64,000 bases of DNA from Nitrosopumilaceae archaeon (GCA_965207375.1 CBDBMG010000003.1:608001-672000); one strand, 5' to 3'; positions 47,156 through 62,158 are shown, numbered from the stretch's first letter. Numbers and translations are program-made. Notes: generated by a model not told the origin, from the sequence alone.

Positions 47156-48735
47156 TAGGGCTGAGCGAGTGTGGAATTTTGTTACCTTCACAATTATTGG
47201 ATCAATAAATGCAGCTACATTGAGTAACATTAACATGTAACTTCTGTATCTACGTAACTATGTGAAAGGTTTATGTGCATGGAGTTCTTCATTAATTTTT
47301 CTAATCCTGTAATCTTGTTATTTTTCTCAGGCTTAAAGTAAACTCGCACAACTGAAATGGTCACCCATCTTTCTGTACCGATTGCTTCAGTTACGTTATG
47401 TCAACTAGAGGTTTCATATAACCTTGACAAACAATTCTAGTGTGGTAAATTCTGCATCAGATGCCATCATATCACCTTTCTAGTAGTGTAGCACACAGCG
47501 GCTGTTGCTGGGATAACAAATGTTCTGCCATATACGTATATAATAGGCTAAATTCCAATGGTTACTGACATCTTGTACCAAAGCCAGTGTTTTGTGAAGA
47601 AGGTCAATCTGTTTTTGTTTCAATAAATAAGTTGATTTGGCAGAACGGTTGAAATGTGCTACAAGATGCCTACACTTAGCTAAAGGACTTGAAACCTCTG
47701 TAAGCTTAAGTACCACTTCCACTGCAAGTTGTAAAGTGTGACTAAACCATGACATTTGTTTCCATTGTGTTATTCCAAGAGCAGCTACAATATACGTAAT
47801 GTTGGTCCCATTGTCTGTTGTAATGGTTGATAATTTCTCTTGTGATAACCAATTCTCAAGTATTTCTTGTAGTTTTTCAGCAATAGTAGGACCAGTGTGA
47901 GCCTCTGGAAACCCTACTGTTTCTAGAAGGTAAGCCATTAATTGTAAGTAGCATCCACAAAATGAATTGTAACATCAGTATAGGCTTCATTGTGACATGA
48001 GGTCCAAAATTTAATATCAGTGCTCAGAGCATACGTAGCTGTCTACATCAGATAGTTCACTACAGATTTGCTCCTTTTCTCTTCATAAAGCTTTGGAATG
48101 TAATTAACAGCAAGGGTTTCCGATCCATGGGATAATATTGAGGATCAAAAAATGTACTCAACATGGCTCAGAATCCACAGTTTAATAAGGCTGCATATCT
48201 TTTGATATAAATAACAAACCAACTCATTTAGAGCCTTTAACCTCCGAATTTCATGGATAAGGCTGCTTTTATGACAACACTTGGTTGATTCGCAAACACC
48301 TCCTCTAGCTACCATTTGATGATTCAGATTCATTAGCAGCTTCCTTCGCTTCTTTTTTGGCTTGACGAAATTCTTGTATATGACTTTCCTCCAAGTGCTG
48401 CTACAAATTTGTTGTATTTCCAATGTACGTAGGAATAATCGTGTTTATACAGTTTACAAAATACACGTTTTTGCTTCTTATCAATCACTTTCTACCATCC
48501 TTTCATCACAACTGGGAAATCCAAAATACTTCCATACAGGACTAACAGAATTCTCTAGTGGTAACAATTCCAATGAATTTTCATCGGTAGCAAGAAGATT
48601 GGATCCCATTTGTGATCTACTAGTACGCATGTGTATGACATACGAAATAATATTCATAATAGGTCTGCAAATAAACATCAACATCATGATTGTATGATTA
48701 CAATTGTGCAAAATCGATTTAATCGCTCAGCCCTA
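47156..48735 (-). mobile_element. Decayed hAT (Ac/ZBED1-like) DNA transposon
   Basis: TIR TAGGGCTGAGCGA. 8-bp TSD GTATGCAT/GTATGCAG. BED-finger SPVWKYFGF. Transposase motifs HTG.TIAE, TTDNG.N, HTLQL, LVQDVS.HWN. Many indels and a C-terminal deletion. Confidence 0.9.
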
Positions 48736-49043
48736 GTATGCAGCCATATGATGCAGGCTAGCTAGCTATTAGAGCAGTGGTTGTGATCAAACACATAATG
48801 AATGGTTATAATGCAAATTGTATAAAAGTATGTAGCTATACATACGTACATTGTAATACTTAGCTATTAGTTGACTACATAAAACAAACTACACCATATT
48901 TATATACGTAGCTACTTATTTACAAGAAAATTATATACATGAAGTATGTAGCTAACAGACAAAATGAAATTAATTCTACAAAGCAAATATAAGATGTACG
49001 TATACAAGTACACAGCTAGCTATATAGCTACGTAGCTAACTGG

Positions 49044-50925
49044 TTATTTCTTGAACATTGCTAATGAACTTGATAAAACAATAGGTGCAATTTCTTTTAG
49101 CTTACTCGAGTAACTGGAGGACACTGAATCCAAAGTTTTGTTAAAATCACCAGACGTTGTGTAAGTATACTTCTTGTAGAGTTCCACTGATCCTGTGCTT
49201 AAGGAACTGACAATATCTCTATGCAAACCAATATATAATTTTATTATAGGCAATTTTTCCAAAGTAATAAAATGATATTGAGGTGTTATTGTTTCTAGCA
49301 TTTGCTGAACAAAGTTAAAACTTTTTAATATGGAATCTTCACACATTGGAATGATCTGGTTTATCAGTTCAATACAGTTTTGAGCAATTTTGCCATTGGA
49401 AGAGACTGTACAATGTTCTTCAAGAGATTTTTCCAGCTTATCGTAGTCCCTTATAAAAAGAAAATGCTGTACTTCTGAGTTGATGATTCTGTTCAATACT
49501 TGTGCACCTTTTAATGCTTTTTTACACTTGCTATCTAATGCAACAATTTGCTCGCTAACCTGAGTTATAATCTGTATATGATTAACGGATGCACATATTG
49601 TATTGTGTATTCTCTGTAGTATTAACAGAATAACGTGTGGATCGTGTAATATGTGTGCAGTGATCCTTTTTAGCTGAAACGGTATGACAACATGTTCAAT
49701 TTTGAGCATTGTATATGTCAGATATTCCCTGGGGGTTAGTTGAGATAAGTCCTGCTGTAAGTAAGAACTTCTGAACAGTGATTCCAGCTTGTCACCAACG
49801 GAATTATTAGTATGCAGCAACCCAAATGGTGAAAGGGTAGCCACTTGATCACTTCTGACATGGTCAAACATGTACTGGCTGATAACACTGTGAGTGTGTA
49901 CCACCACCTGATTTTTCAAGTACTGTGACATAAAAATATTCTTAAATGACACTAGGCCATAATCTGACAGAATTGTAACAACTTTTTTGGCTTCTAGATC
50001 AGAGATATCCCATAAACTTGGCAGTGCTGCTTCAGAAAAAATTCCTCCAATTCCAGTAAATAAAATCAGTGTGATGAACCCTGTTTAAGGCAACTTCAGG
50101 TAACAATTCTAAAGTTGATTCAATATAGATTCTGACAGACTTATGAATCTTGCTTGCTGATTCGACGTCACTCTTATCAAATGCTGTCAATCCCCTATCA
50201 CGTAACTTGTGTTGGACATTTCTGATAGTTTTGTTTACGTGGATGTTCAGTTTGAGATAATGATTTAATTGTCCCCTAACAAGGCATAACAGTATTGGCC
50301 ACATGTGAGCGTCTTGTGTTAATTCTTTCAGCAGCTGTTTATCGTCACTTGAAATTTTGTCGAGATTAAACAGCCCATCGGACAATAAAGTTACGGCTTC
50401 ATCTATTTTCATTGGACCTACCTTGACAATATTTTCAGCAATTGTTAATTTTTGAGCAATGTCATTTCGTCTTGCAGTGAACACCACATGACAATTACTA
50501 AAAGCTTTTATTAGTGGTGCTGCATCTTTAGCATCCCAAATGTCATCGATAATGACAAGAAAATTGTCCTTTAAAATATTTCCGATTTCAGTTTCCAGAT
50601 TGTTAAGGTTGTCAAGGCTTTCACCAACTATACTGCAATATATTTCAATCAATTTAACTTTTGGATCAGTGGCCTGTGGTCCAAGCTCTATAAACAACAC
50701 ACCACCTGTAAATTGCCTTTGAACTCTTGGGTCATAGCATAGTCCAACGACGATAGTAGTTTTACCAAATCCTCCAACTCCAGTGACTGCAATTACTTTA
50801 CTGTGTGCATTTAGATTACTAGTAGCATTACACAATTTACTAACAATGACATTTAAGTGCTCTTGACGCTGTAAAAAATTCGTGGGTAACTTTGGGGGTT
50901 GCAAAACATGTGGATTCTTAAACAC
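49044..50925 (-). pseudogene. APAF-1-like NB-ARC (STAND) ATPase, large exon with one +1 frameshift at ~50080
   Basis: Walker A GVGGFGKT, Walker B LVIIDDIW, winged-helix LPSLW..GLV. Removing one C from CCC at 50079-50081 joins ORFs 50032-50925 and 49044-49952. Splice acceptor at ~50925; upstream exon not resolved. Confidence 0.85.
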
Positions 50926-52852
50926 TGTAATAAAAATGACAAAATGTTGTAATTACACCAGACATAGCTAATGCATTATATAGTATAAAATATGATTAGC
51001 TACTCCTAGTATTTTTTGAATGACTATTAACATAATGTTTAATTTTCATGTTTTGAAATTACTAAACAAGACATGGTAACACAATTAAACAATGTATGGA
51101 AGTGTATTCTAATATTTCTGAATAGTACCAAACAATTAAATGAGCAGTAGAGTTGAATAGATTATTGTCTTAGGTGTAGGTAGTAGCCACATAGCTACGT
51201 CCCAACATACGTACATGTAAAGGAAATATATAACGTTGCAAGGTTACTGTTTACCCTTGTGTATAGCTAGCTAGCTGGCTACTTGTCTACTTAAATCTAT
51301 CACTAAAGTTCACCAGAAAGCTTGTAAGTGTCTGTCACATAATTAGTATAGGTAATCAAACACATTTGAGTACAATTCAAGAATAATTATATCAGTAACA
51401 GTCAAGAAATTGCACAAGGCAAAGCCAAGCGCAATTTTGACTATTACGTGTACAATTACTCTTGAATTGCACAAAATTTATGTGATTGTCTACTAATTGC
51501 ATAGCATGACCTACGATGCCCACTCTAAACTGAGGCACACTGATTATTCCAATCTGAGACACAGTCACAAATCTTGTTCCTTCCACATTACTTGTTTTAG
51601 CAGTTTCACATTCATTGAACATATCAAAAATACGCAATGTATATAGAATCTAATGCAAATTTACTAATTAACGGATATCTTCCGCATACTACAGACTTAA
51701 TGGTTTAAAAACTAAACAATAACTTCAATTACCAGTCTTCCATTGTTATCAACAACTATAACCTGCCTATCGGCCGCCTTTGTGGCAAGTTATGAATCAA
51801 AACTCCAGAAAAAATTTGGCGCGCCATACCCGCCGACTACTTATAACCATAGATAACCATCCTTATATGTTTACAATAAGTTAAAAAGCCATAAACTTAC
51901 TTACTCCATAAGTTTAAACAGTCTTGTCTTCTTCTAACACATAGTACTTCCACTTCATATTATTTAAACGCAAAAAGCGGAACCATCCATAAAGATTTTC
52001 AAAGTTCTGTAAATACCAAATTACAGAGAAAAGTATAGAGAATTCAATTCCGACCGTATTAATGCTACTATTCTCTTATATATTTATCTAAGAGAACTTT
52101 TTTCAAACCTTACCCAAAATTACGCAAAACCACAATACATTTTGTATTGAAATTGCGCATGCATGGCCGACTTTGAAGTGAAAAGGCGGAGGGTTCCTTC
52201 TTCTTAATTAGCCGATATTGTTGACAAGGTATGTATTAAAGGTAGTATTATTTAATTCCGACCGTATTAGTTGATAAAATAAATCGTGTGGCTAGTTTTC
52301 TAAGATTTTGATTAAAAATCCATGGTTTTCCAATACAAATACACACAAAAACTTATTTTTGAGGGCGTGGCACTTATTCCCGTAATGTATTACAAAGTTT
52401 CAATATTTTTTGATATGATCCACTTTTATTAAAAGTTAGCATCGAGAAATTCTTCTATACTAACTATAGTATTCATTCCACCTGTAATCGTTACTTTGTT
52501 ACCATGTAAGTTGGTTACTATAAATCTTCAGTGCTACGTGATTTCATTTGCTGTTTATTGCATCATTGTTTCTTGCACTTAAATGGGTTAATTTCTGCAT
52601 TGTGAATTTTAATAGTGTGTAATTACTAAATATTGCTATATGCTCTAGCCCCTAGGCTATTAAAACTGCAATTTGAGAATAATTTCACTGCTACTAACAG
52701 CACAATATATAGCTACATACAACCTATGCGATTATAGACAAAACTGTGCACTAAAGTTAATTCAAGTACTCACTACTCATACAACATTGAATCACTGATG
52801 GACACATCAGTACATGAAAATACTGTTTATTACTTGTTAAACAAGTTGACGT

Positions 52853-53500
52853 ATTACCATCTAAAAACCAGGCCCTCTGTGTAAGTTAAACCACTGTTAA
52901 TCTAATGTATTATAATAGTCCTTAATGACGTCACCAGTAAGTCACGTGAGCAGAGACTCATCACTAAGGAACACATAGCAACGCATGCGAATTTAATTCT
53001 TCTGTTTAAACCCGCTTTGTACTCCAGTACTTTAGTGATAAAACTTTTTGAAAGTAGTATAAATTTGTTTTATGCCCAAATTCTTACTATAACACTATAG
53101 GCCAGTCTTCTTTTATAAGCTCCGCAACCCGCACGGCACGCCCACTTATAAAACTAAAGCGCTCCGTCTTGTTAGTAATGTACAACTGGTTAAACGGCTT
53201 TTACCGTGTAATGGACGGCAAATACAACACTACCTTTTCTTTGGTAGTAACACACGACGCGCTTCGTTACTAAGGCCCCGCCCATCAACAGTATCGATAG
53301 CAAGTGCCGTACAGAGAAACTGAAAGGCAGTAGGACTTGTTTGATTGGTTATTCAGACTTCGTTTCACGTGAATAGTTATTCATAGCCTGGGGGGCGGAC
53401 ACACACACATCCACACACACACACACACACACATACATCCGCACAGAAGTGATTTTAAGAAACCAGGCGTGCGCCGGCGGCCGGCGCGCGCCTGGTTTAA
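52853..53500 (-). mobile_element. Interspersed repeat with a GC hairpin head and (TG)n tract, Helentron-associated (HINE/DINE)-like; further copies ~53800-54375, 57144-57497, 62880-63430
   Basis: Hairpin AAACCAGGCG...CGCCTGGTTT at 53460-53498. Shared blocks such as CAATCAAACAAGTCCTACTGCCTTTCAG and TCATCACTAAGGAACACATAGCA. Confidence 0.65.
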
Positions 53501-54278
53501 AAATTAGATATTGCCTTTGAGTGGTATGGTACGTATGTACGTAGATACTGAGCACTGATCATAGATGAACTGATCTAGCTACTCCCTACTTTGGCCACTC
53601 CTTTTCAAATTCATAATTCTTTACTATTCTAGTATGTATGTTAAAATTTTCATTGTGAAGCTATATTTGTAGATACCTAGCACATAGCTGTTAGCTACTA
53701 TCAATTTCGAGACACTTATAACCCAATCCATAAGTGCCCTACGTGTTGAGAAACCACCAAAACCATGCAGCTTCATAATTACGAAATGAAGTTGATGTTT
53801 TACCATCTAAAAACAGGCACTGTGTAAGTTATTATCTGTGGTTAAATCACTGTTAATTGTTATTGTAATATCGTCACAAGTACATCACATGAACAAAGAC
53901 TCATCACTAAGGAACACATAGCAATGCATACAAATATTTTAGTGATAAAACTTTTAAAAGTAGTTTTGAGCCAAAATTCTCACTGTAACACTATACAGGC
54001 CAGTCTTCTTTTATAAGCTTAGCTACCTGCATGGCATGCCCACTTTAAAACTGTCATCTTGTTAGTTATGTACAGCTGGTTAAATGCATTGCACTGAGAA
54101 GCAAATACTCTTCTTTGGCAGGAATTCACGATGCACTTCATTACTAAGCCCACGTCCATCAGTTATATCGACAGCAAGTGTCATATAAAGAAACTAAAAA
54201 GCAGTTGGACTTGTTTATTTGGTGATATTCAGACTTCATTTCACGTGAATGGTTTTTATAGCCTGGGGGCAGACACAC

Positions 54279-54314
<36 letters not shown>

Positions 54315-56123
54315 ACACACACAGACACACACACACTTACAAACACGCATACCGACTTCCCGGCCAAAAGCAATTTCATCAATTATAAAAGTGGGCATCC
54401 TGTTTGGGTAACAAAACATTTAAAAAAAGAATGGCCTGCTTATAGCCAACAATCAGCTAGACATCTTATGGCCTATTTCATGCAAAAAATGTGTTTGAAT
54501 ACTTGTTCCGTAGATAATTGATTGCACATGCCGATAGTAACAAGATAAAGGACTAGAAACCAGGCACACGCAAGTCAATAAGGCAATATAAACATATGTA
54601 TTAGCCAATAATAGACGTATTAGCAATAATATTGTCTATTAGCAATATGTATATAGACCTATTAACAGTAGATATAGACCTATTGGCAATATAGATATAG
54701 ACCTGCCTAGTAGCTAATGACATTGACAGCAGGCAAAGCACAATGTATCAATCACCTCAATAAGAATTTTACAGAAGAAACCTGACTACAGTGAGATGAG
54801 TGAAAACTTCACAGCATCAAGATGGGTTTGTGCAGACTGAAATAATGTTAAGAATAGAGGAATAGAGACTATAAACACAGTAATTTAGGCAATATGTAAG
54901 TAAATTCTTGTGGTCAATCTGGCTTTCAGATAAGTAATTGATGATTTCCTGTCACCTCTAAGCTATCAAAAATTATGGCTTCCTGGCCACCTCTAAGCTG
55001 GCACAAATGTAATTAAGCTACCAAAAATGCAATTAAAACAGTGGACATTTTAATTATTTCAAGTGCTTTAGTGATTAAACATGAAGTTGAAATTTTTACT
55101 GTGACACTCTAATGTGAATCCCTATCACGATGTTTTAGAAGGCATTTTATAACACAGGCAAGGTTATTTTACTGATTAATTGCTGACGATGCCATATGGC
55201 ATCCTGGTGGCATAACTCACCTGGATATAGCTACGGTACAGCTCATAGGTAACTTGATGCACAAGCAGAGGTTACTGGTTGGTAAACTGTGGGTAAACTC
55301 ACAAAATCTGCCCAAATGGGTGCAGGTACCCGTAAAATGGATCACTATGACAGGCAATATTTGTTGGGTATCTGCAACCGAGATACCGTTTGTTCACCAT
55401 TTAATTATCATATGATATTTAATCAACATACGTATTTTACTGAATTTCATTAAGTACGTAATAAAATTTCATAAAAATAATTTTTCAACTTCCCTCTTAT
55501 ACGTATACAAAAATATTTTCACCACGAAAAAAATCACAATCTATGGTACGTACGTATAACTAAGTTTGGTACAGGTACGTAGCTAACTGTACATTTGCTG
55601 ATCATACCATAGCTAGCTACGTACATTGGTAACAAATTCTGAATGTATCAGATACTTACACATCAAAATAGACAGTGGATAGCTACGTACGTACATATAT
55701 AAACTATATACGTAGCTAAATGGGTATTGCTATCAGATATGTAGCTAAGGACCTCAATAAGCATTGTAAAAACCTGATTTTATGTCTTCTCATACGTACA
55801 TACGTATGTACATGTAAGTACAGTGCAGGGGTGTATGAAGATGAAAAATTGTAGGGGGTCACAATTTTAGTTCAGGGCTTAAATTGTACCATACATAAAA
55901 TTTGTACTCAACTAACAGGTTGTAAGACTTACTAACCCACTACCTGTTGCAAACTAGGGTGAACCCTGACCTTTGTGGCCCCTATTCCTACACCCTTGCA
56001 TTAAGAATACTAATAAATCTTAAACGGCAAAAAATCAAATTAAAAAGAGTAGCTTGGGACCTTCGCTACAAAATGCTTTGCTACAAAATGCAGGGAAACA
56101 AAGATTTTCTTTTGTTACAATTT

Positions 56124-56375
56124 GTGACTCGGTCTGACAAAACCAGTCTTATTGCCCGAAAATATACCCATGTGTATAATGGTATCTATCTCTTGTTTTC
56201 TGCGTGCTATTCAAATTCTATAAGTTTTATTGAATTACTTAGGATTTTTGCTAGCTACATGGTGAAGTTTGTGCTAAAATATTGTGTTCAGAAAAAGAGT
56301 TATTTAACTTGAAAGACTCAAAATTAACTCAAAATGTTTATGGCAATAAGACTGGTTTTGTTCGGACTGGGTCAC
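56124..56375. mobile_element. Sola-like MITE
   Basis: TIRs GTGACTCGGTCTGACAAAACCAGTCTTATTGCC / GGCAATAAGACTGGTTTTGTTCGGACTGGGTCAC. TSD ATTT. Confidence 0.8.
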
Positions 56376-57497
56376 ATTTTGTGGTTACTAGCTATGTATC
56401 ATTTGGTTAACTTGTACCAGAACAATCAAGATCAATCTTAGCAAAGATCCCTAACTACATAGCTAGCCACTCTTTTTAGTTTATAATTATTATTGTTATG
56501 TTATAAGCTAAAGTTTTAATTCTCACTTTACATTATCAATCAACTTTATCTTCGTTTAATAAACACTAGTAGTTGTGCAGGGTTGTGAATTCACGCATAT
56601 TACCTGCACCAATTTATTGGAAGCATGAATTATTATTTCAACACAAAATGAGACAGGTATTTGCCCTCAATTTTTCAAAGTTACTAATATCTAGAGCTAG
56701 CTACATAGTTCACATACGTAGTTAATGTACATACATATGTATGTGGCTACTTGACATGTGTTTATGAAATGAAATTGTTTACATATTGTAGCTAATTCAG
56801 GGTGAAACCATTTTTTCAAAATAGCCAGTCAAATGTTATGATTGATCTGACTTGCCAACCACCCAATGGAGCTACGTACGTAATTGCTAAACACAAATGA
56901 TTTTTGTTACCAGGAGATAAACAAGGTACGTATAGCAGGGAATACCATATACGTACCATAGTGTAAACATCCCTCCTACGTAGCTTGTTTATCTCCTATG
57001 TAGCATTAGGTATTAAACATAAACTACCATCTACCATCTATCCATGCTTGATCTGAAATGTATCAGACAGATAAGAAGCCCTTGTGCTAATTTGTCTTAC
57101 AAATGGCCAGTGATTCATCTTGATCATTTTTATTATTTTAATTAAACCATGCATGCATGCACCTGGTTTCTTGAAATTGCTTTTGTCCTGGAAGTCGGTA
57201 TGTATGTTTGTGTATTTGTGTGTGTACACCCCTGGGCTATTAAAAACTATTCACATGAAATAAAGTCTGAATAGCCAATCAAACAAGTCCTACTGCCTTT
57301 CAGTTTCTCTGTACGGCACTTGCTATCGATACTATTGATGAGCAGGACTTATAATGAAACGTGTCGTAAGTAACTGCCAAAGAAGAGCATGGTAACATTG
57401 TTATTGCTGTTAATATCACAGTAAAAGCCATTTAAATTTGTATGCTTTGGTGTTCCTTAGTGTTGAGTGTTTGCTCATTTGACTTACTAGTTACATC

Positions 57498-57830
57498 ACT
57501 AGAATGATAAAAAATTAAAAATTTAAAAAGTAAGTAGGGATTGAACTTTGGATTCAATAGTGCTACAAAAAGTAAGGGAACAAGGAATAAGATTTTGGGA
57601 CGAGAGAACATTCTGGCATGAGATAATTTATAAAAGTTTAATCCCTACTTTTGGCAAACCTACTGAATGAAGTGAGCCAAAAGTAGGGATTAAACTTTTA
57701 TAAATTATCTCATGCCAGAATGTTCTCTCGTCCCAAAATCTTATTCCTTGTTTCCTTACTTTTGTAGCACTATTGAATCCAAAGTTCAATCCCTACTTAC
57801 TTTTTAATTTTAAATTTTTTATCATTCTAG
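57498..57830. repeat. Foldback with ~155-bp near-perfect arms and a 20-bp loop
   Basis: ACTAGAATGATAAAAAATT...CTACTTTTGGC mirrors GCCAAAAGTAG...ATCATTCTAGT. Degenerate single arm at ~61895-62005. Confidence 0.9.
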
Positions 57831-59633
57831 TTTGTTTACTTTTTATACATGCTAAGCATTCAATAATCTTTTAGCAGGCGCACAAATGTTACAGGCGCTT
57901 ACATAATAATTATGCTTGTTTACAGGCGCTTGTTAACAACGCGCTGACATGGCAAAGCAGCTGTGTGATAGCAAATAACGCTCTCGAAAAAGAGCAAAAG
58001 CTATTTGTCCAAGGCTATAATCTCGAAGTTCACGATGTAATAAAGTACACGCGAAAACATCGTGCCACTGTAACTAATTATATCACGTGCAAGCCAGGTT
58101 TTTGTGTGATGCAATAAGCAGAAGCCGTTACAGGCTATCGTCACCTTTGGTGAAATTCGCACCTTGCTAAGGAATTAAAGAAGAACAAGGAAAGGAATGA
58201 AGGATAAAGGGAATCGCCATGGCGCAGTGGGTAAATCGTCTTCGGAATAAGATTTTCGTAAATGCACCGCCATTACCTTTATTGTGTGAAATTTCTGGAG
58301 CCCTACACCTAGCGCAACCCGGTCTTACGGCAGGCAGGCTGGCAGGCTGGCTGGCAGGCTGGCAGACGAAATACAGATGAATTTCGAAATTTTCAAAGTT
58401 GGCTGTAGGTCGAAATATTCGACTTGTCGTTTCGTTTAACCAAGGTACAGCATCATTACAGCCTTACCAATGCATTCCAGCTGGTTTTTTCGGGTAAAGC
58501 CTATTGCAAGGTTGATTTTTAAAGCGCGAAATTTTCCCGAAGCCGTACAATTTCTTACCAAACCCTACTATTAAGTACTACCGTACTTAATGATAGTCAT
58601 AGCTATATTCAACACATGTTGACTGTTTTATGTCCTTCTTGGAACCCTGCAATTATATCATATATTTAATTAGCTAGCTAGCTAGCTAGCTAGCTACACT
58701 AGTTTTGCCAGTGCATGACAACTCTAGAACTGGAATACAGGGGGCCTTAGGTCCCTGATGTATATAGGGGACCAAGGGACTACTCTCAAAATTATGAAGT
58801 TTGTGAAGTTAGGCGGCGGAAGCTGTAGCCAAGTAGGGGGCCTAACCCAAGCCAAGATTAACTATGCATGCAAGTATAGCAACAATGATCACACATTATA
58901 AATAGGGTGACCACTGCTACTGTTTATATAACAACATACACAAATTGTTTTATTAAAAACATTACAATGCAATGTCAAAACTCACTAAAGGGAATGTCAA
59001 CTGAAGCCATTTAAGTGCAAACCGTATTATCTTCTGCATACTATGCATTATTTTTGTATTTTAATTAAAGATGAACGCCTATCAAAGTTATTATTATTAT
59101 TATTATTATTACTAGCAACGATGACCCTAAACCAAGTACAGTCATTTCGGATCAATCACCAAGCGGGTAATCATTATATCAACATATAATCATAGGACAA
59201 CAATAGTCCTAAAATATCAAGTAGCCTACATCTAAAGTATAATCAGTGAATATACAAGGCCTAATCATTTGACACGTATATACAGCATTAATGAACATTA
59301 ATACATACCCTATTACTATATACGTCAGTATTACATACATACAGTAGCTGCAACAACAAATACACTGTAGCTAGCTGTACAATCAGTACCCAGCTATACA
59401 ATCAGTAGCCATTCTATCACAATGAAGCCATAGATCAAAGGACAGTACTATATGATAACTACAATACCACTGTGTGATAACTACTTCCTGGTAGTTATCA
59501 TATAGTCTGGGTAGTTATCATATAGTGAGAAAAAGTTTAAAGAGAGTTGCACCTGTCTGTTGTACTAAACACGTGTTTGTAAATTACTGCAACAAAGGAT
59601 CACAAGCCTCACAGGTGGAATTGTAATAGAAGC

Positions 59634-59744
59634 CAGTTATATCACAGTACACTCGTATGATATCTTAGTTATTAACACTCGTCCTCGGCTCCGCCTCGGA
59701 CTCGTGTAATAACTAAGATATCATACTCGCACTGTGATATAACT
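59634..59744. repeat. Hairpin element with a central CTCGGCTCCGCCTCG (partial copy ~30898-30990)
   Basis: AGTTATATCACAGT...ACTGTGATATAACT inverted arms. Confidence 0.7.
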
Positions 59745-60145
59745 ATAACATACACACCACAGATAATTTAATAATTATTATAATAAACTTAACACAAGCT
59801 TAGGCGACATGGCTTCTATGGTTAATTGCCCATTAGCCAGCCACTTTACAATCGACGTCACATGGCAATCCTCTCCATTAATAAAATACACGGAGAATTC
59901 CGTTCCTCGTGTACTTGTTTACAGCTTTTGTATGGCTTGCATACCACACCGCCCATCTCGACTCCCGTGTACACGCTGGGCGGGGTTGACTGGTAGGCAT
60001 TTATTAGAGTTTAAATAGCACTTTTTAAGTACAGGGAGTTAAATGAAACCCTACATATTAATGAATCGCTACTAAATGGTGATTTATTTAAAGGTTAGTT
60101 TGTGTGTCTAGAGTGCGTAGTTTAGCCAATAATTAATTATCTAAT

Positions 60146-60240
60146 ACTTAATTACCTAAGACTTAATTACCTAAGACTTAATTACCTAAGACTTAATTAC
60201 CTAAGACTTAATTACCTAAGACATAATTACCTAAGACTTA
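60146..60240. repeat. 15-bp tandem repeat (ACTTAATTACCTAAG) x6
   Basis: Direct inspection. No spacers. Confidence 0.95.
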
Positions 60241-62158
60241 TATACGCCCAGTTTTGACATCACTTTTAACCGCAATTTGTATTATTCTTAGTACTTGGTT
60301 TATAATTAAAACTTTACAGCAATAGCTACAAGTACGTAGTTAAACAGAATTATAAGGTAAGAATACAAAACAAATATTGCTGAGGGAGTAGGATGGTAAA
60401 AGCATCAAATATAATGCCAGCATAATAGGTAAACTTTTTGTGCAAGGCATGCCACAAAGGCATGAATTTGAAAGTGACTATTTTTTAGTGAATCTACAGT
60501 AATTTTTTTATCAAATTAGGTATGTGATGAATGCAATGATTAAAAGTGATGAATTCAACAAAATAGATTGTAGGAGTTATAATGTAAATGTATATCTGAT
60601 GATAATGAGTGCAAAAAAACCAACATGAATCTTAAAAATATTAATTTGACCTATTAAATTTCACATTATCACTGAGAATTTCCGAGCATAATTTTAAGCA
60701 TAATAGGCTTGTTTTGGGAATTATGCTCAAAAGCATAATAGGTAATTCTAAAACATAATTGGCTCAGGCCTAGCTGGCATCCATAGGTAATTATATTTAG
60801 CTAACTAGTCAATTATAAAATGTATGTACAGAGGTGGATAAACATTTGTTACATGGACAATAATAATGGTAAGTACAAGGACAGTCAAAATCAAAATAAT
60901 TAAGAAAATGTATCCAGAAATGTGATTTAAGGGTAGATTTAATTGTACTTGCTGAATGATTAATGTTTATTGAAGGAAGATTATTCCAAATTCATGGAAG
61001 CCTATTAAAGTAGTGAGAGTTGAAGCCGTGAGCTATGGTTAAAGTAAGCAACCAACAGTGGATATGACATCTCATCGTCCTCGCTCAATAATACAAATGC
61101 CTGAGTGGGTGTCACATGTTTATTATCTCGTGTAACAGTAGCAGTGGAAAAAAGAACTTTTAAGTTTGTTGTAAAGCATGCCAAGACTGTATGCATTGAC
61201 TAGTCCCAACCCAAACATTAATCCCAACGAGCTCAGCATGGTGAACATTTACTGCTAGCTGGTTTATTTCAGCAGGTGCATAGCGTAATATTAAATACAG
61301 CCATAATATTTATCTAATATGTAATAGCTACAAGGGCTTTTAACAAGAAAACAAGTTGTACAACAACGTAAATACAACTTCTCTTCACACTATAGCTTTT
61401 AGCTTATTAATATGCACATAATATCTGAAAAATCAACTTCGCAGCATTAAGGCACTTCATGGTAACGATTAGCCTAGGAAGACACTACTTTGACTGCTTT
61501 TGTCAGTTCACTGACCATATAATTGATTTTACCTCGATTTTACCATACAATGGCTAACATTGTGGCCCCATTTAAAATGGCGGAACGAATGTTACTATGA
61601 CAATTACGTATTTTTAGAAAGAGTCTATTATATGGAACTTGTACACCATCCAAAATGCACACAACCATAGAACACATATGTACACTCTATCAAGTTATTG
61701 ACCTTGTTTGCTTCTTCGTATCAGGCAGAACACCCATGTCCATGTTATAACTATTAAATGTAGCATATACATTTAAAACAAAATGTCCATGCTATATACA
61801 TTTATACAGTGACATAAAATTATACGTACCACATGTACATACATTGTTATGCATAATCCATTTTTAAACTGTAGCTAACCATGCAGCTTTTGTGATTAAA
61901 AATTAAAAAAATATAAAGTGAGTAGGGATAGATCCCTCAGTGCTACAAAGTGAACAAGGAATGAAATTTTGGCTTATAGCATGAGATAATTTATAAAAGT
62001 TTAAAGCATACAAGGCATGGAAACTTATGTATTTAATGTAAATATTATATAATGATTACTACGTATAAGTAAATGTCCTATCAACATGCAACAATAAAAT
62101 TATTTGCATACATACTCAATAGCTGCTAAAATATCTTATTATTTTTATAGCTACTCAC

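Noticed and set aside
51392-51637. ORF as the N-terminal exon of the NB-ARC gene
   Set aside because: No death-fold/TIR similarity, and no convincing start or splice path established.
60146-60240. CRISPR-like array
   Set aside because: Contiguous 15-bp units with no spacers, no cas genes, and a eukaryotic context.
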